This document shows positions 29,852 through 39,609 of a stretch of DNA of 64,000 bases, piece after piece. Position 1 is the stretch's first letter, and every line of letters begins with the position of its first letter. Origin of the DNA: a virus; IMG/VR virus record IMGVR_UViG_3300045988_051499. One strand, written 5' to 3'. The notes beneath the pieces were generated by a model. That model was not told the DNA's origin and did no database searches. It was given only the letters and a program-made list of their open reading frames with translations. Both the position numbers and the translations under genes were made by a program.

Positions 29852-30042
29852 ACTTCAAATGTATTAATATCCTCGAACTTCCTACAACCATAAGAAGCGA
29901 AGTCTCCTTGCAGCTTATCCATGTTAGGCAAGCAAGGGTAATTCTTACACCTAGTGCAGCTACGTTCAGGATGTTTGTAGTGAAAACCATCTTTGTCCTT
30001 AAACATTACTTCAGTAATAGGCATAATAATATTAATACACAT
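29833..30042 (-). CDS. hypothetical Cys-containing small protein
   Basis: 69 aa, CTRCKNYPC. Confidence 0.3.
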   Translation of the reverse strand: MCINIIMPITEVMFKDKDGFHYKHPERSCTRCKNYPCLPNMDKLQGDFASYGCRKFEDINTFEVWKPKK

Positions 30043-30380
30043 GAACCAGCAGTGCCATATTTAATGACATTCTGCTTCTTTTTTAAAGACTTATTAAGAC
30101 CTTCAATAGATCTATTTTTATCTTCAATTATGTTTCCATAATACAGTAACTGAACTCTACGAAGAGAATCCGTTTTTTCCCAACTCTTATTTATTAGTTC
30201 TAGATTAGTTATTCGCTTATTCAATAACGGAACAGTTTCAGACAACTTCTGATGCTCAGCAAATATCAGATTAGTTGTTTTTAGTTGCTCGCTGGTTATT
30301 GTAACGGTCGATGTATTCTGAGAAAAAGCACAAATTGATGCTATCAGAACTAGACATAATAGTAGATACTTTCTCATCAT
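30006..30380 (-). CDS. putative secreted/lipoprotein
   Basis: signal peptide MMRKYLLLCLVLIASICAFS. Confidence 0.35.
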   Translation of the reverse strand: MMRKYLLLCLVLIASICAFSQNTSTVTITSEQLKTTNLIFAEHQKLSETVPLLNKRITNLELINKSWEKTDSLRRVQLLYYGNIIEDKNRSIEGLNKSLKKKQNVIKYGTAGSCVLILLCLLLK

Positions 30381-30576
30381 ACTCTTTGTCTATATACTTA
30401 ATTTTCTCCACGATGGAATCGTTAACTATATAGATGCTATCTCTAATTATAGAATCCCTTACTATTTCCTGCACATTAGGTGGAGAAACTGTGGTTTCCT
30501 TCTTAGGTATTAGCAAATAAATAATTAACAATCCCATCAAGGCTATTAAGATATAGCAAAACTTAGTCCTGTTCAT
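30271..30576 (-). CDS. hypothetical membrane-anchored protein
   Basis: N-terminal TM helix. Confidence 0.3.
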   Translation of the reverse strand: MNRTKFCYILIALMGLLIIYLLIPKKETTVSPPNVQEIVRDSIIRDSIYIVNDSIVEKIKYIDKEYDEKVSTIMSSSDSINLCFFSEYIDRYNNQRATKNN

Positions 30577-31147
30577 TCAGATCAACGCCTATTGCCTTGG
30601 CTTTAGTTACCAGTTCAGCGCATTTAACTACATCTATACCTTCTTTAGCTAGATTCAAAGCTTGCTTCTCTTTATCAGAGAGATTTTTGATTTCATTTTT
30701 GAGGGCTTCTTTTCTTTCAAACCGAGCTTTCATTTGGTTATATCCCTTAATGATACGCTCTGGATTTTCTTTCAAGAAAGTAAGCTCCTGTTCCAAGAAT
30801 GCTTTTACCAGCACTTTACCTGCTACACCTCTAGATGTAGTATAAATAGCTGGACACTTTGGATCATGAAGAGCCTTATCGTAAGCCTTCTTCTGTCCCT
30901 TAGCCAAATCGAAGGTATCACTAGGATTACATACTGCAATACCAACGGTTACTACTCTACAGATTCTAGCATAGTCCGGATCATTTGTGCATATGTATTC
31001 ATCGGGAGCCACCCAACCTACTGCTAAGACACAATCATCCTCACTTACTTCAGCAGCCTGACTTAAAGCACAAGCTACAATTTTACGTTCTTCACCCTTA
31101 AAGTCTACAAATGAGTCTACCATGTACTCAATCACATCCTGTTTCAT
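30563..31147 (-). CDS. hypothetical protein
   Basis: 194-aa ORF. Confidence 0.4.
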   Translation of the reverse strand: MKQDVIEYMVDSFVDFKGEERKIVACALSQAAEVSEDDCVLAVGWVAPDEYICTNDPDYARICRVVTVGIAVCNPSDTFDLAKGQKKAYDKALHDPKCPAIYTTSRGVAGKVLVKAFLEQELTFLKENPERIIKGYNQMKARFERKEALKNEIKNLSDKEKQALNLAKEGIDVVKCAELVTKAKAIGVDLNEQD

Positions 31148-31412
31148 TTTCTACAATTTTAAAACCGTTATTAATTAAATATTCTTCGGGAGCAAATTGT
31201 AATTCAAAGAATCTATGCAAAGAGTACTTCTTCCTCTTACAACATAGTTGATTCTTTTTCAATACAATAGGTTTATTAGAAGAGTAGTATTTTTCTTCCA
31301 TTAGAGCAGCTCCCCAGCTCCATATTTGATATACTGAACTACAGTAGATAAACTTATCGTGCGTATGCACAATTTGTTTATCCTTCTCGTAAGTCCTCCG
31401 TGAGGTCGTCAT
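31128..31412 (-). CDS. hypothetical protein
   Basis: 94-aa ORF. Confidence 0.3.
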   Translation of the reverse strand: MTTSRRTYEKDKQIVHTHDKFIYCSSVYQIWSWGAALMEEKYYSSNKPIVLKKNQLCCKRKKYSLHRFFELQFAPEEYLINNGFKIVENETGCD

Positions 31413-31851
31413 AAAACACCTTTATAGTCTTAAAAATGAATTGATTCTTTTGAGTATTATAACAGTCATTCCAGCTACATTTCTGATAGTGAGATAGTAG
31501 TTCGGAAGCTTTTACGCCAGTATACACATTTCTGCAAAAGCTATCGTCATCATCACAATCTGCTGCGTTTATGGTGTACTTTCCAATAGAAATCGCATAA
31601 TGATAATGACTTCTCGCTACTTCGCTAAACTTTTCTTCTAGTTCATAATCCTCGTAAATAATGACTTTGAACTTGAATTTATCTCTACTTAGTAGCCTAG
31701 CTAGACAGTATGCTATATAGCAACACCCTCCACAATTAACGTCATATTCCTCATCTAAGAATCTACAAAGCTTATTCAGCCTCTCCGCTAGAATCTCCTG
31801 AATCTCCTGAGACTTCGAGTTTAATTTCCTCCTTTGCTTTTTTAAACTCAT
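31378..31851 (-). CDS. hypothetical protein
   Basis: 157-aa ORF. Confidence 0.35.
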   Translation of the reverse strand: MSLKKQRRKLNSKSQEIQEILAERLNKLCRFLDEEYDVNCGGCCYIAYCLARLLSRDKFKFKVIIYEDYELEEKFSEVARSHYHYAISIGKYTINAADCDDDDSFCRNVYTGVKASELLSHYQKCSWNDCYNTQKNQFIFKTIKVFYDDLTEDLREG

Positions 31852-32074
31852 CTAAGTACCTACCTAAAGTTATAACTTCATCTTTTCCGAACTTTTTTCT
31901 TACTGCATAATGGCGACATCGCTCTATAGCAGCTTCTAGGGGATAGCCATAGCCTTCCACTTTAAATTCTTTTCTCGGATTTTTCCCACCAATATCATAC
32001 AACAATTCCAAGTCAAACCTCGGAGAAGATTCACTAATGGGAGTAAGTCTGTAAAAAGGACCTTCAATTACCAT
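31772..32074 (-). CDS. hypothetical protein
   Basis: 100-aa ORF. Confidence 0.3.
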   Translation of the reverse strand: MVIEGPFYRLTPISESSPRFDLELLYDIGGKNPRKEFKVEGYGYPLEAAIERCRHYAVRKKFGKDEVITLGRYLDEFKKAKEEIKLEVSGDSGDSSGEAE

Positions 32075-32084
32075 TTTTATTTTG

Positions 32085-32894
32085 TTATTTACAAACGTCT
32101 ATTACAGTTAAGTTCTCGTTGCTGGGACGATAATTAATATCCCTATGAGAATTAGATACAATAACCTGGTCAAAATTATTACACATATTAATCAGACCTT
32201 TATCATTAACTGCGTGACATACGATTATGATAAACTTGCTATTTGGATATCTCTCTTTGAGAACCTTAAGCTCTCCTAGGAAAGTTCCTCCGGCATCACA
32301 CAAGTCATCAATGAACACAAATGTAGAATAGTAGCAATTCTTAGACTCCTCTATTTCAAAGGACTCAATTCTTCCAGTCTCTAGATTTCTTTCCTTTTTG
32401 AAGACTAAATAACCATAGTGAGAATAGTTACTTCCATATCTGTCCTTCGCCCCATGGTCTGGGAACACGATATTACTTTGGGCTGGAATCCAAGAGTGGT
32501 GTCCAAATTCCCAAGGTAAACATCTGTCACCAAGAAGATGAAAAGTTCTACTAGAATGTGCCTCAAGAACATATATGTTTCTATAGCCTAAGCTATTTAA
32601 CATATTACATACTACTTTCAAGGAGAATGGACGATTAAAACTCATTACTCTATCCATACGCATAGACATTAAATAAGTAATGTGTAAATCCCATTCTACT
32701 TCTTGTCTATCTAAAATATCTCCTACTTGCACTAAGAGGAATAAATCCTCAGTATTAGATATTCTACAAATGACATCAATAGATTCCTTTCTGTTTAATT
32801 CCTCAGTAAGGAAAAACTGAGGCTCTCCATCAGGAAATCTAGTAACATCGTACTTAATTTCACTGATTTCCTTGTTGATTAAGTTTAATTTCAT
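32085..32894 (-). CDS. ribose-phosphate pyrophosphokinase (Prs)-family protein
   Basis: VFPDHGAKDR (cf. Prs VSPDAGGAKR) and PRPP/phosphoribosyl-binding loop FIDDLCDAGGTF (cf. LVDDMADTCGT). Confidence 0.6.
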   Translation of the reverse strand: MKLNLINKEISEIKYDVTRFPDGEPQFFLTEELNRKESIDVICRISNTEDLFLLVQVGDILDRQEVEWDLHITYLMSMRMDRVMSFNRPFSLKVVCNMLNSLGYRNIYVLEAHSSRTFHLLGDRCLPWEFGHHSWIPAQSNIVFPDHGAKDRYGSNYSHYGYLVFKKERNLETGRIESFEIEESKNCYYSTFVFIDDLCDAGGTFLGELKVLKERYPNSKFIIIVCHAVNDKGLINMCNNFDQVIVSNSHRDINYRPSNENLTVIDVCK

Positions 32895-33324
32895 CTACTA
32901 CATATTTTAAGATTTCATAACTTTCTTCCAGACCTGCCCTATCATCTAGGAGGATATTGTAATAAGGTTTCTTAGATTTAGAGAATATAGAACTACTAAT
33001 GTTTGGAGCAGATAAAGTATTAGAAGTAATATTTGCTATTCCTAATCGCATACAAATTGTCTGCTTTGCCATAATTTTATAATCATCTTCATCAGTGGTG
33101 AATAAAATCATTTCAAAACCTAGAAGTGAGCATTCTTTAAGTAGTTCTATAACGCAACTATAATCTCCGCCAGTATTATGGTAATCGAAAATAGTATTAT
33201 CAAAATCGAAAGCGACTATTAGCTTTCCGTATTTATGATACTCTTCTAATAGTCGTTTCTTGCAAGCTTCTTTCCCAAAAGGATGATTAAAGTCCATGGT
33301 CAATTCTTTGTCTGATTTCTTCAA
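32860..33324 (-). CDS. HAD-family phosphatase
   Basis: HAD motif I VAFDFDNTIFDY. Confidence 0.45.
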   Translation of the reverse strand: MKKSDKELTMDFNHPFGKEACKKRLLEEYHKYGKLIVAFDFDNTIFDYHNTGGDYSCVIELLKECSLLGFEMILFTTDEDDYKIMAKQTICMRLGIANITSNTLSAPNISSSIFSKSKKPYYNILLDDRAGLEESYEILKYVVDEIKLNQQGNQ

Positions 33325-34837
33325 GAGAATATTCTTTCTTCAAGATACCATCTTCAAAGACAGTCTCTAAGCATCCCTCTTTTTCCTCCTCGATTGAGAC
33401 CTGGTCGGTAGCAGTATACTTCCCATCCAGACATTTATAGACAGCAATCAAACCTTTCAAAGAGTTCTTAGTACCATCATCAGTTTTAGGATGTTTGAAG
33501 ATTTCTTTCAATTCGCCATTTACTACGCAAGCAGTAGCCTTAATAGCAAACCCAAGACTATCTCTACTTGCATACTGATAGGAATATGAACCTACTCCCA
33601 GAACGAGATTACAAGCCGCCATATGAGCGTTTTCTAATCTCAAGTAGATTTGCTTTTGACGTTCTAGAGTAATAGAATCTCCATAAAGCAGACCAACCTT
33701 AGTGCTAGGATAACGGTAATCCTTTGAAGTAGTATTCCATCCGAAGATTTTACCAAGCATATAATATGCCCCATAATATTGACCTTCGGACACTTCAACA
33801 TACTCTGCATCGTCGTTAAACGGAGCATAGCAGCAATAATACTTACCTTCTTTCATTCTGGTATTGAAGTGAGGATTAGTTCTCAACCCGCAGATTATAT
33901 CTACTGGGTCTCCACTATCAGGACGGATTACTACTCTACCATCACGAGCCATAATGTCTTTCTTCAGCTTGGGCAAGAAATTTTCAATTACATTCCAGAA
34001 ATCCCAAGTATCAGATACAATAGAAACAAACCCAGAAGGATACAAATCATTAATTAGACGTTTGAAAGTGCCCAGCTCATCTTCCTCCCCTCCAGCACAC
34101 ATTACAGAGTGTTCTGTTGCTGGAACTGTAGCAGCAATCAATTCCTCGTCTGAATTAGCTCCATAATATTCTTCCAAAGCAGCAATAGCTGGAATAGTTT
34201 CACTTCCCACAAAAGAAGTCATATGCGCCATACCAGATATAATTGCGGCTTCCATTCCCGCCATACCTCGCATTGAGAAATCATGACAACAAAAACCAAG
34301 ATTTACATCTGTTGGAAAACCAGTCTTGCAAGCATGACGATGTAGCTCTTTCTTATAAAGCCTAGCTCTAGTAGCAGATGTGCATGGCATCCACAAGGTA
34401 CAGCTGATAATAGTCTCTAAGTAGTTAGTTAACCAAAAGAACTCGGGTAGAGTATTTGTAATGGTCATCATGGGAACCCGAATAGGGCACACAGAACCTT
34501 CAGGAAGAGCCTTTATGCGAATTGGTAGATACCCAAGGTCATATAAAGCTTCAATATGTCTGTACCCAACGGATTCAATACCAACAAAGTTGTTTACTCT
34601 ACGATAGAACATCTCCACAGCTTCCTTCTTTGGTAGATTAAAGAAGTTTTTCTCAAACTGTTTAATGAGATATTCTTTGATTAGGTATTGAATACCAAAT
34701 ACTACTGAACCTTCGGTTGCTTCTGGGAAGTATTTATTACTTCTAGGAGTCCAGTTACTATAAACTTGTTCAGTACCTTCGGGGTACATTCTGTGATGGC
34801 CCAACTTGTAACCATCTGTAGCATTAATTATTTCCAT
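33287..34837 (-). CDS. nicotinamide phosphoribosyltransferase (NAMPT/NadV-like)
   Basis: 516 aa; NATDGYKLGHH N-terminus, IRPDSGDP, VSDTWDFWN and EHSVMC regions co-linear with NAMPT. Confidence 0.8.
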   Translation of the reverse strand: MEIINATDGYKLGHHRMYPEGTEQVYSNWTPRSNKYFPEATEGSVVFGIQYLIKEYLIKQFEKNFFNLPKKEAVEMFYRRVNNFVGIESVGYRHIEALYDLGYLPIRIKALPEGSVCPIRVPMMTITNTLPEFFWLTNYLETIISCTLWMPCTSATRARLYKKELHRHACKTGFPTDVNLGFCCHDFSMRGMAGMEAAIISGMAHMTSFVGSETIPAIAALEEYYGANSDEELIAATVPATEHSVMCAGGEEDELGTFKRLINDLYPSGFVSIVSDTWDFWNVIENFLPKLKKDIMARDGRVVIRPDSGDPVDIICGLRTNPHFNTRMKEGKYYCCYAPFNDDAEYVEVSEGQYYGAYYMLGKIFGWNTTSKDYRYPSTKVGLLYGDSITLERQKQIYLRLENAHMAACNLVLGVGSYSYQYASRDSLGFAIKATACVVNGELKEIFKHPKTDDGTKNSLKGLIAVYKCLDGKYTATDQVSIEEEKEGCLETVFEDGILKKEYSLEEIRQRIDHGL

Positions 34838-34850
34838 TCTAAAAATTATT

Positions 34851-35375
34851 TTAATAACTAATTGTTAATAAACTTTTCATGCCTTTACCACTAGCTAAAT
34901 TCTTAAAACACTGAGTGATAAATTCCTTCGTTTCTGGATGGATAGCCCTAGGAGAATTTATATACTTAATCCACCAGTTATATTCTCCTTGAAAACTATT
35001 ACCGTTGTATACTTTACCAGCAGCCAGATAATCGCATACCAATTCTAGAGCATACTCTTTAGGCATCTTCACTGGAACACCGCCAATGTCTAGCTTAGTT
35101 ACCCAGTATTCATAATGGTGTGGATTTCTTCCTCTGTGATGTAAATAAGACCTAGAATATCCTAGAATTTCTTTTTCCTTGTTTAAGGGAGATGTGTCAT
35201 CATCGTAAAATTTTACAGAACGAGAGAACTCATACCATCCGAATTTAGATAAGTCGTGCAAGATGCCCTGTTTGTATAAACCTAACTGAAAACAGTAATA
35301 AGCTACCCAAAACTTATGTCTAAGTATTCGCCTAAGATGTTTCAGTGTTATACACATACATTTAAGAATTTCCAT
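34851..35375 (-). CDS. hypothetical protein (His-rich, possible metal-dependent hydrolase)
   Basis: 174 aa; HDLSKF...HHRGRNPHHYEYW. Confidence 0.3.
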   Translation of the reverse strand: MEILKCMCITLKHLRRILRHKFWVAYYCFQLGLYKQGILHDLSKFGWYEFSRSVKFYDDDTSPLNKEKEILGYSRSYLHHRGRNPHHYEYWVTKLDIGGVPVKMPKEYALELVCDYLAAGKVYNGNSFQGEYNWWIKYINSPRAIHPETKEFITQCFKNLASGKGMKSLLTISY

Positions 35376-35695
35376 ATCTTCTTCACTATTCTAGTTAGAA
35401 AATTATTTCCTCTTAGATTGAACTTATGTGTATATCCAGACAACTTATCTGGATTCCACACAGCATGAACTATATAGAATAAATATCCTACTGTGTATAG
35501 CATAATGTTCAGTACTGGGATAAATCCTAGGATTAGTATTACTAAAACTAGCCACACTGGAACTTTAAGGTCATAGTCTTCTTCTATAAGTGCCACACTT
35601 CTGCTATACCCATTGTAATAAACGGTTACATGGGTATCTTTCAAGATAAGCACCGTGATGATTACCATCACAGTGCATATTACTAGATACATCAT
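35348..35695 (-). CDS. hypothetical membrane protein
   Basis: 115 aa, 3 predicted TM helices. Confidence 0.35.
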   Translation of the reverse strand: MMYLVICTVMVIITVLILKDTHVTVYYNGYSRSVALIEEDYDLKVPVWLVLVILILGFIPVLNIMLYTVGYLFYIVHAVWNPDKLSGYTHKFNLRGNNFLTRIVKKIWKFLNVCV

Positions 35696-36519
35696 TTGTT
35701 ATTAGCTACATCTTTAAATAAGGTGGGAACCTGACCATAAGTAGGAAGTTTTCCATCCCACTTCTTAATCATATCCTGCTGAACTATGAGAACTGACAAA
35801 GATGCTGAAATCTTTCTATTATATTCAGCTTCTGCATCACCCTTAATCTTAAGAGCTTCTGCCTCTCCTTGTGCAGCTGCTACTTTCTTTTTAGCTTCTG
35901 CCTCAATAGTCTTAACTTCATTCTCTGCCTTCAAAGCCTGTTGAATTGCAGCATTCTTAGCATCAATAGAATTGACTAGCGTCTGTGGATATTGAAGACC
36001 AGAAGTCATTTGTTCAAGCTGAAAATTCTCAGCCAAGAGTTCCTTTGACAGTCTATCTTCTATAGACTTCTCAAACTCCTCACGTTTACTTACTAGTTCA
36101 TCAGTAGTATAGTTATTCAGCTGAATGCGAAAAGCATTCTTTACGTAATTATACAAAGTAGTGTTAATTACCTCTACAATATCTTCCTTTCTATACTTCT
36201 TAAATACTTCTGGTGATTTCCCGTCAACAATCTTCAAAGAAATTGTAGGGTCTACAGTAAATGATGATCCATCTTTAGCATTAATACTGAAAGGAGGATA
36301 GTCCACAGTCTGTACGAATGTAGGATATTCATATACAGCCGTAGTAACAGGATTGTACCATACCGCACCAGTAACAAGAGACACATCGTCTACTCCTTTA
36401 CCATCTCCGTATAGATTTACCTTGATGCCTTCATAACCAGCATCAATTCTCTCATAGCCACAACTAGATAAGCCAAACACTAAAGTTAATACGCACAAAA
36501 TCTTAATAATTGTCTTCAT
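35692..36519 (-). CDS. SPFH/band-7 domain lipoprotein
   Basis: signal peptide plus lipobox LSSCGY; C-terminal Ala/Glu-rich prohibitin-like segment QALKAENEVKTIEAEAKKKVAAAQGEAEALKIKGDAEAE. Confidence 0.5.
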   Translation of the reverse strand: MKTIIKILCVLTLVFGLSSCGYERIDAGYEGIKVNLYGDGKGVDDVSLVTGAVWYNPVTTAVYEYPTFVQTVDYPPFSINAKDGSSFTVDPTISLKIVDGKSPEVFKKYRKEDIVEVINTTLYNYVKNAFRIQLNNYTTDELVSKREEFEKSIEDRLSKELLAENFQLEQMTSGLQYPQTLVNSIDAKNAAIQQALKAENEVKTIEAEAKKKVAAAQGEAEALKIKGDAEAEYNRKISASLSVLIVQQDMIKKWDGKLPTYGQVPTLFKDVANNK

Positions 36520-36715
36520 TTTCCTTATTTAAGTAATGTTTCTTAATATATTTGAATATCCTATAAACTAAACTTGGGATTGCCACTAGTAATAGTAACA
36601 ACCCCAAGATATTTGCAGCATACAATGATTCGGATAATAACCATAAGCTGATGTTGTAAATTACAACGATTAATAGAACGGCAACAAATGCCTTAATTAA
36701 GTTTTTCTCGACCAT
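36503..36715 (-). CDS. hypothetical small membrane protein
   Basis: 70 aa, two TM helices. Confidence 0.3.
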   Translation of the reverse strand: MVEKNLIKAFVAVLLIVVIYNISLWLLSESLYAANILGLLLLLVAIPSLVYRIFKYIKKHYLNKENEDNY

Positions 36716-36956
36716 AGAATAATATATTCTCTATTGCCGCTTTTATTATACCATAGTAGTACATTATCCTCTGTAATATCTACATACGGGTCATAATAAA
36801 TATACGCGGCAAACATTATGCACACAATTATAAACGCAATCATGATTTATCGAGTTTTAATAGACCCAGGTCTGGTAGTTGCAGCCTGAAAGTCTTTTCC
36901 TTGTTTATCCCACCATGCTTGCTTTGCTTTTAACCAAGCTACTTTTTTCTTATACT

Positions 36957-37973
36957 TCATTGTTCGGAAATTATTACGATACGATTAAATTCATTATCTC
37001 CAAATTCAGTGGTAATTCCACATCCCTTAACAACCAATTTATCCTCTGGAGCACCATAGCTAATCAGAGCCTTCTTCATAGATTCTGCCCTAGCTACAGC
37101 AAGGTTATTATTAAACTCTTCTGGACCTTCTTCCGAAGCATATCCCTCAATCACATAAGTTTTTCCACTATTAGAAATATAGGAAGCTAGTTCTGAGACA
37201 GCCACATTGGAAGTTTTAGAAATCTCTGAAGAATTTTGAAGGAATTGAATTTTTGGAGTCAAAAGCTCTACTTTAGTAATTTCGATTGTGTCCGTCTTAA
37301 CAATTTCTATTGGTTTACGAGCCATAAGTTCCTCATTCTTGGCTCTCAACTCATTAATAGAAGCGTTTAGGCTTTCAACCTCGGCATCACTATACAACTT
37401 CATAATTGGAAAGTCCCCCTTGCTAGACTTAAAGCGATAGGTAGCACCAATATAGACGTTAAACTCATGATTCAGAGGAGAAGTCTTGGGAAGTAACATA
37501 TACTCAGGAGTAACATTTAATGCCCATCTATTAGAGATATTAAAGTTACATCTAACGGCTCCACGGGCGGATACATTATTATAGACATCTCCATAAGTAT
37601 GATACCAACCAGCACCAACGATTAGTATAGGCTCAAACAGACGCCTATCTCCGTTATATCCACATATCAGGTTAGTAAGATTGGTAGTAACGTTAGCTGT
37701 CAAATTATGTGAATCAAAGAATGTTTTATTTCCTTGGTTCATTCCAGCCATCATGTCTAACTCCAAGCCAAAGATAGGAGTAATCTCCTTACCAATAGCA
37801 ATGTTTACTAGTACATCATTTGGTTCAGCCCAACTTCTTGAGTTGTCCCAAGTTGTGGTACCTACATTACCAGAAACATACCAGTTATCTTTCAAACTTC
37901 CAGTTTCAACAACTTGTGCGCTAGCAAACACGCACATTAAACACAAACAAATAATACTAAAAATTTTCTTCAT
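36957..37973 (-). CDS. OmpA-like outer-membrane protein
   Basis: signal peptide; beta-rich N-domain; C-terminal OmpA peptidoglycan-binding signature NNNLAVARAESMKKAL. Confidence 0.6.
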   Translation of the reverse strand: MKKIFSIICLCLMCVFASAQVVETGSLKDNWYVSGNVGTTTWDNSRSWAEPNDVLVNIAIGKEITPIFGLELDMMAGMNQGNKTFFDSHNLTANVTTNLTNLICGYNGDRRLFEPILIVGAGWYHTYGDVYNNVSARGAVRCNFNISNRWALNVTPEYMLLPKTSPLNHEFNVYIGATYRFKSSKGDFPIMKLYSDAEVESLNASINELRAKNEELMARKPIEIVKTDTIEITKVELLTPKIQFLQNSSEISKTSNVAVSELASYISNSGKTYVIEGYASEEGPEEFNNNLAVARAESMKKALISYGAPEDKLVVKGCGITTEFGDNEFNRIVIISEQ

Positions 37974-37989
37974 AATTCTATTAATTAAA

Positions 37990-38424
37990 TTAATCCCACC
38001 AAGACCTCATACGTTCAAACTTTAGTTTGTTGTATAAGTACCAGGCTTTTTCTCTTCTCAGATAATCTTTAAGGATTGGAGTATTCCAATCGAGATCAGC
38101 AGCCTTAGGGTGGAATCGATTCCAATTTTTAGTATTTATGTGTCTATCTACAAATCCCTTTGACCCAGGTCTAAAGTCATGGTGATACGCAGAATCTATT
38201 TCTAGCACAATATCTAATAGCTTTAGTGCTAGATTTAGCTCTTTTTCGACACGTTCATTGCCTTCCGCAATTCTAGATACCTTAAAGTATTCATACATTC
38301 TAATTAGGGCTTGTTTCTCTAAAGAGAGAACAAATCCATAATCGAATGGATAAAACTTCATAGCTTCTTTGATAAGTTTCTTATTCTTATTCTTTCTTAG
38401 TTTCATATTCCTGACTTGCTTCAA
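37990..38424 (-). CDS. hypothetical protein
   Basis: 144-aa ORF. Confidence 0.35.
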   Translation of the reverse strand: MKQVRNMKLRKNKNKKLIKEAMKFYPFDYGFVLSLEKQALIRMYEYFKVSRIAEGNERVEKELNLALKLLDIVLEIDSAYHHDFRPGSKGFVDRHINTKNWNRFHPKAADLDWNTPILKDYLRREKAWYLYNKLKFERMRSWWD

Positions 38425-38830
38425 CTGCTAATTTATCTGCGAGATTATTCATCTGAGAAAAGAAGTCTGAACTTGAAGTATGTCCTTTCACCCAACAAAA
38501 ATCTATATTAGGACAAAATTGCTTTGCCTTATTTAAGACCTTGTCGTATAAATTCCATAACTCTACGTTCTTCTTTCTTTTCCATCCTTTAGTAGCACAT
38601 CCTATGACGTACTGAGAATCTGAGTAAATAGTCAGAGATTCGATTTTACGACTTACTGCATTTAGAGCATAAATTACTGCTAACAACTCACATTTATTAT
38701 TAGTAGTATTAGGAATCATCTTACTAAATTCATAGGCTTTTTCCCCATCAATTACGAATACAACTCCTACTCCTCCTGTGTCTCTAGACGAGCTAAAAGC
38801 TCCATCAGTGAACACTTCTAGCCTGCTCAT
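38387..38830 (-). CDS. rnhA: ribonuclease H
   Basis: VFTDGAF (Asp), ELLAV (Glu), IYSDSQYV (Asp), WVKGHTS...N.AD RNase HI catalytic pattern. Confidence 0.7.
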   Translation of the reverse strand: MSRLEVFTDGAFSSSRDTGGVGVVFVIDGEKAYEFSKMIPNTTNNKCELLAVIYALNAVSRKIESLTIYSDSQYVIGCATKGWKRKKNVELWNLYDKVLNKAKQFCPNIDFCWVKGHTSSSDFFSQMNNLADKLAVEASQEYETKKE

Positions 38831-39218
38831 CAGCAGTATTTACTCTCATGTTAGTTCCGAGTAATATTGCTATCTTTAGCAAATCGTCTTGATTGTCACA
38901 AAATATATTATCTAAAATATAGTTTGCATAATCAACAATTCTAACTCTCTTTCCTATAGCACCATATTTTTCGTTAAGCCATTTAAGCTGAGGAGCAAAA
39001 TCTTCTAGGTCGTCCCCTAAATGCCGTAAAGCCTTCCTAATAGGAACAGGAAACCACATTTTCTCCTTTATCCAGTCTAAATGACAATAACCAAACGCAA
39101 ATGCTCTACTTAAATCCTTCTGAATAAACTCGTCTAACTCGAAATTTCTCTCATGCCTACCAGCTTCCTCGAAATCATCTTTCAAATCCTCACAAAAAAT
39201 CTGATTAAATTCAATCAT
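38805..39218 (-). CDS. hypothetical protein
   Basis: 137-aa ORF. Confidence 0.35.
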   Translation of the reverse strand: MIEFNQIFCEDLKDDFEEAGRHERNFELDEFIQKDLSRAFAFGYCHLDWIKEKMWFPVPIRKALRHLGDDLEDFAPQLKWLNEKYGAIGKRVRIVDYANYILDNIFCDNQDDLLKIAILLGTNMRVNTADEQARSVH

Positions 39219-39609
39219 AACTCCAAGTTTCTAGGCAAGCTATAAGTTCCAGCATCCCATATCTGCAAATAACCTTGAATGGTCCAGTAGCTATAGAAAG
39301 ATAAGGACTTTTGTTGTCATTGTACAGCTTCATTACTTCTCTTAGTAGTACGCTAGCATTTCTGGATAGTTCGTAAAGAGTGGGAACTCTGTGTTCGTTC
39401 GGACCTACATACATTTTCCATGTACTTTTGCCTATACAGCGACCCTCGTCATCATATTCTCTATGACTCTTGTCCCACTGCATATACTCCAGAACCTTAT
39501 CAAAATCAAAGTTCTCCATAATGCTTTTGTATTGTTCCTCCAATGGGGGACAATCATCCCTTGTCAGGACTGTTCTCTTTGTTTTGCTCATTTTTGTAAC
39601 AATTAACAA
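39211..39609 (-). CDS. hypothetical protein
   Basis: 132-aa ORF. Confidence 0.35.
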   Translation of the reverse strand: MLIVTKMSKTKRTVLTRDDCPPLEEQYKSIMENFDFDKVLEYMQWDKSHREYDDEGRCIGKSTWKMYVGPNEHRVPTLYELSRNASVLLREVMKLYNDNKSPYLSIATGPFKVICRYGMLELIACLETWSYD

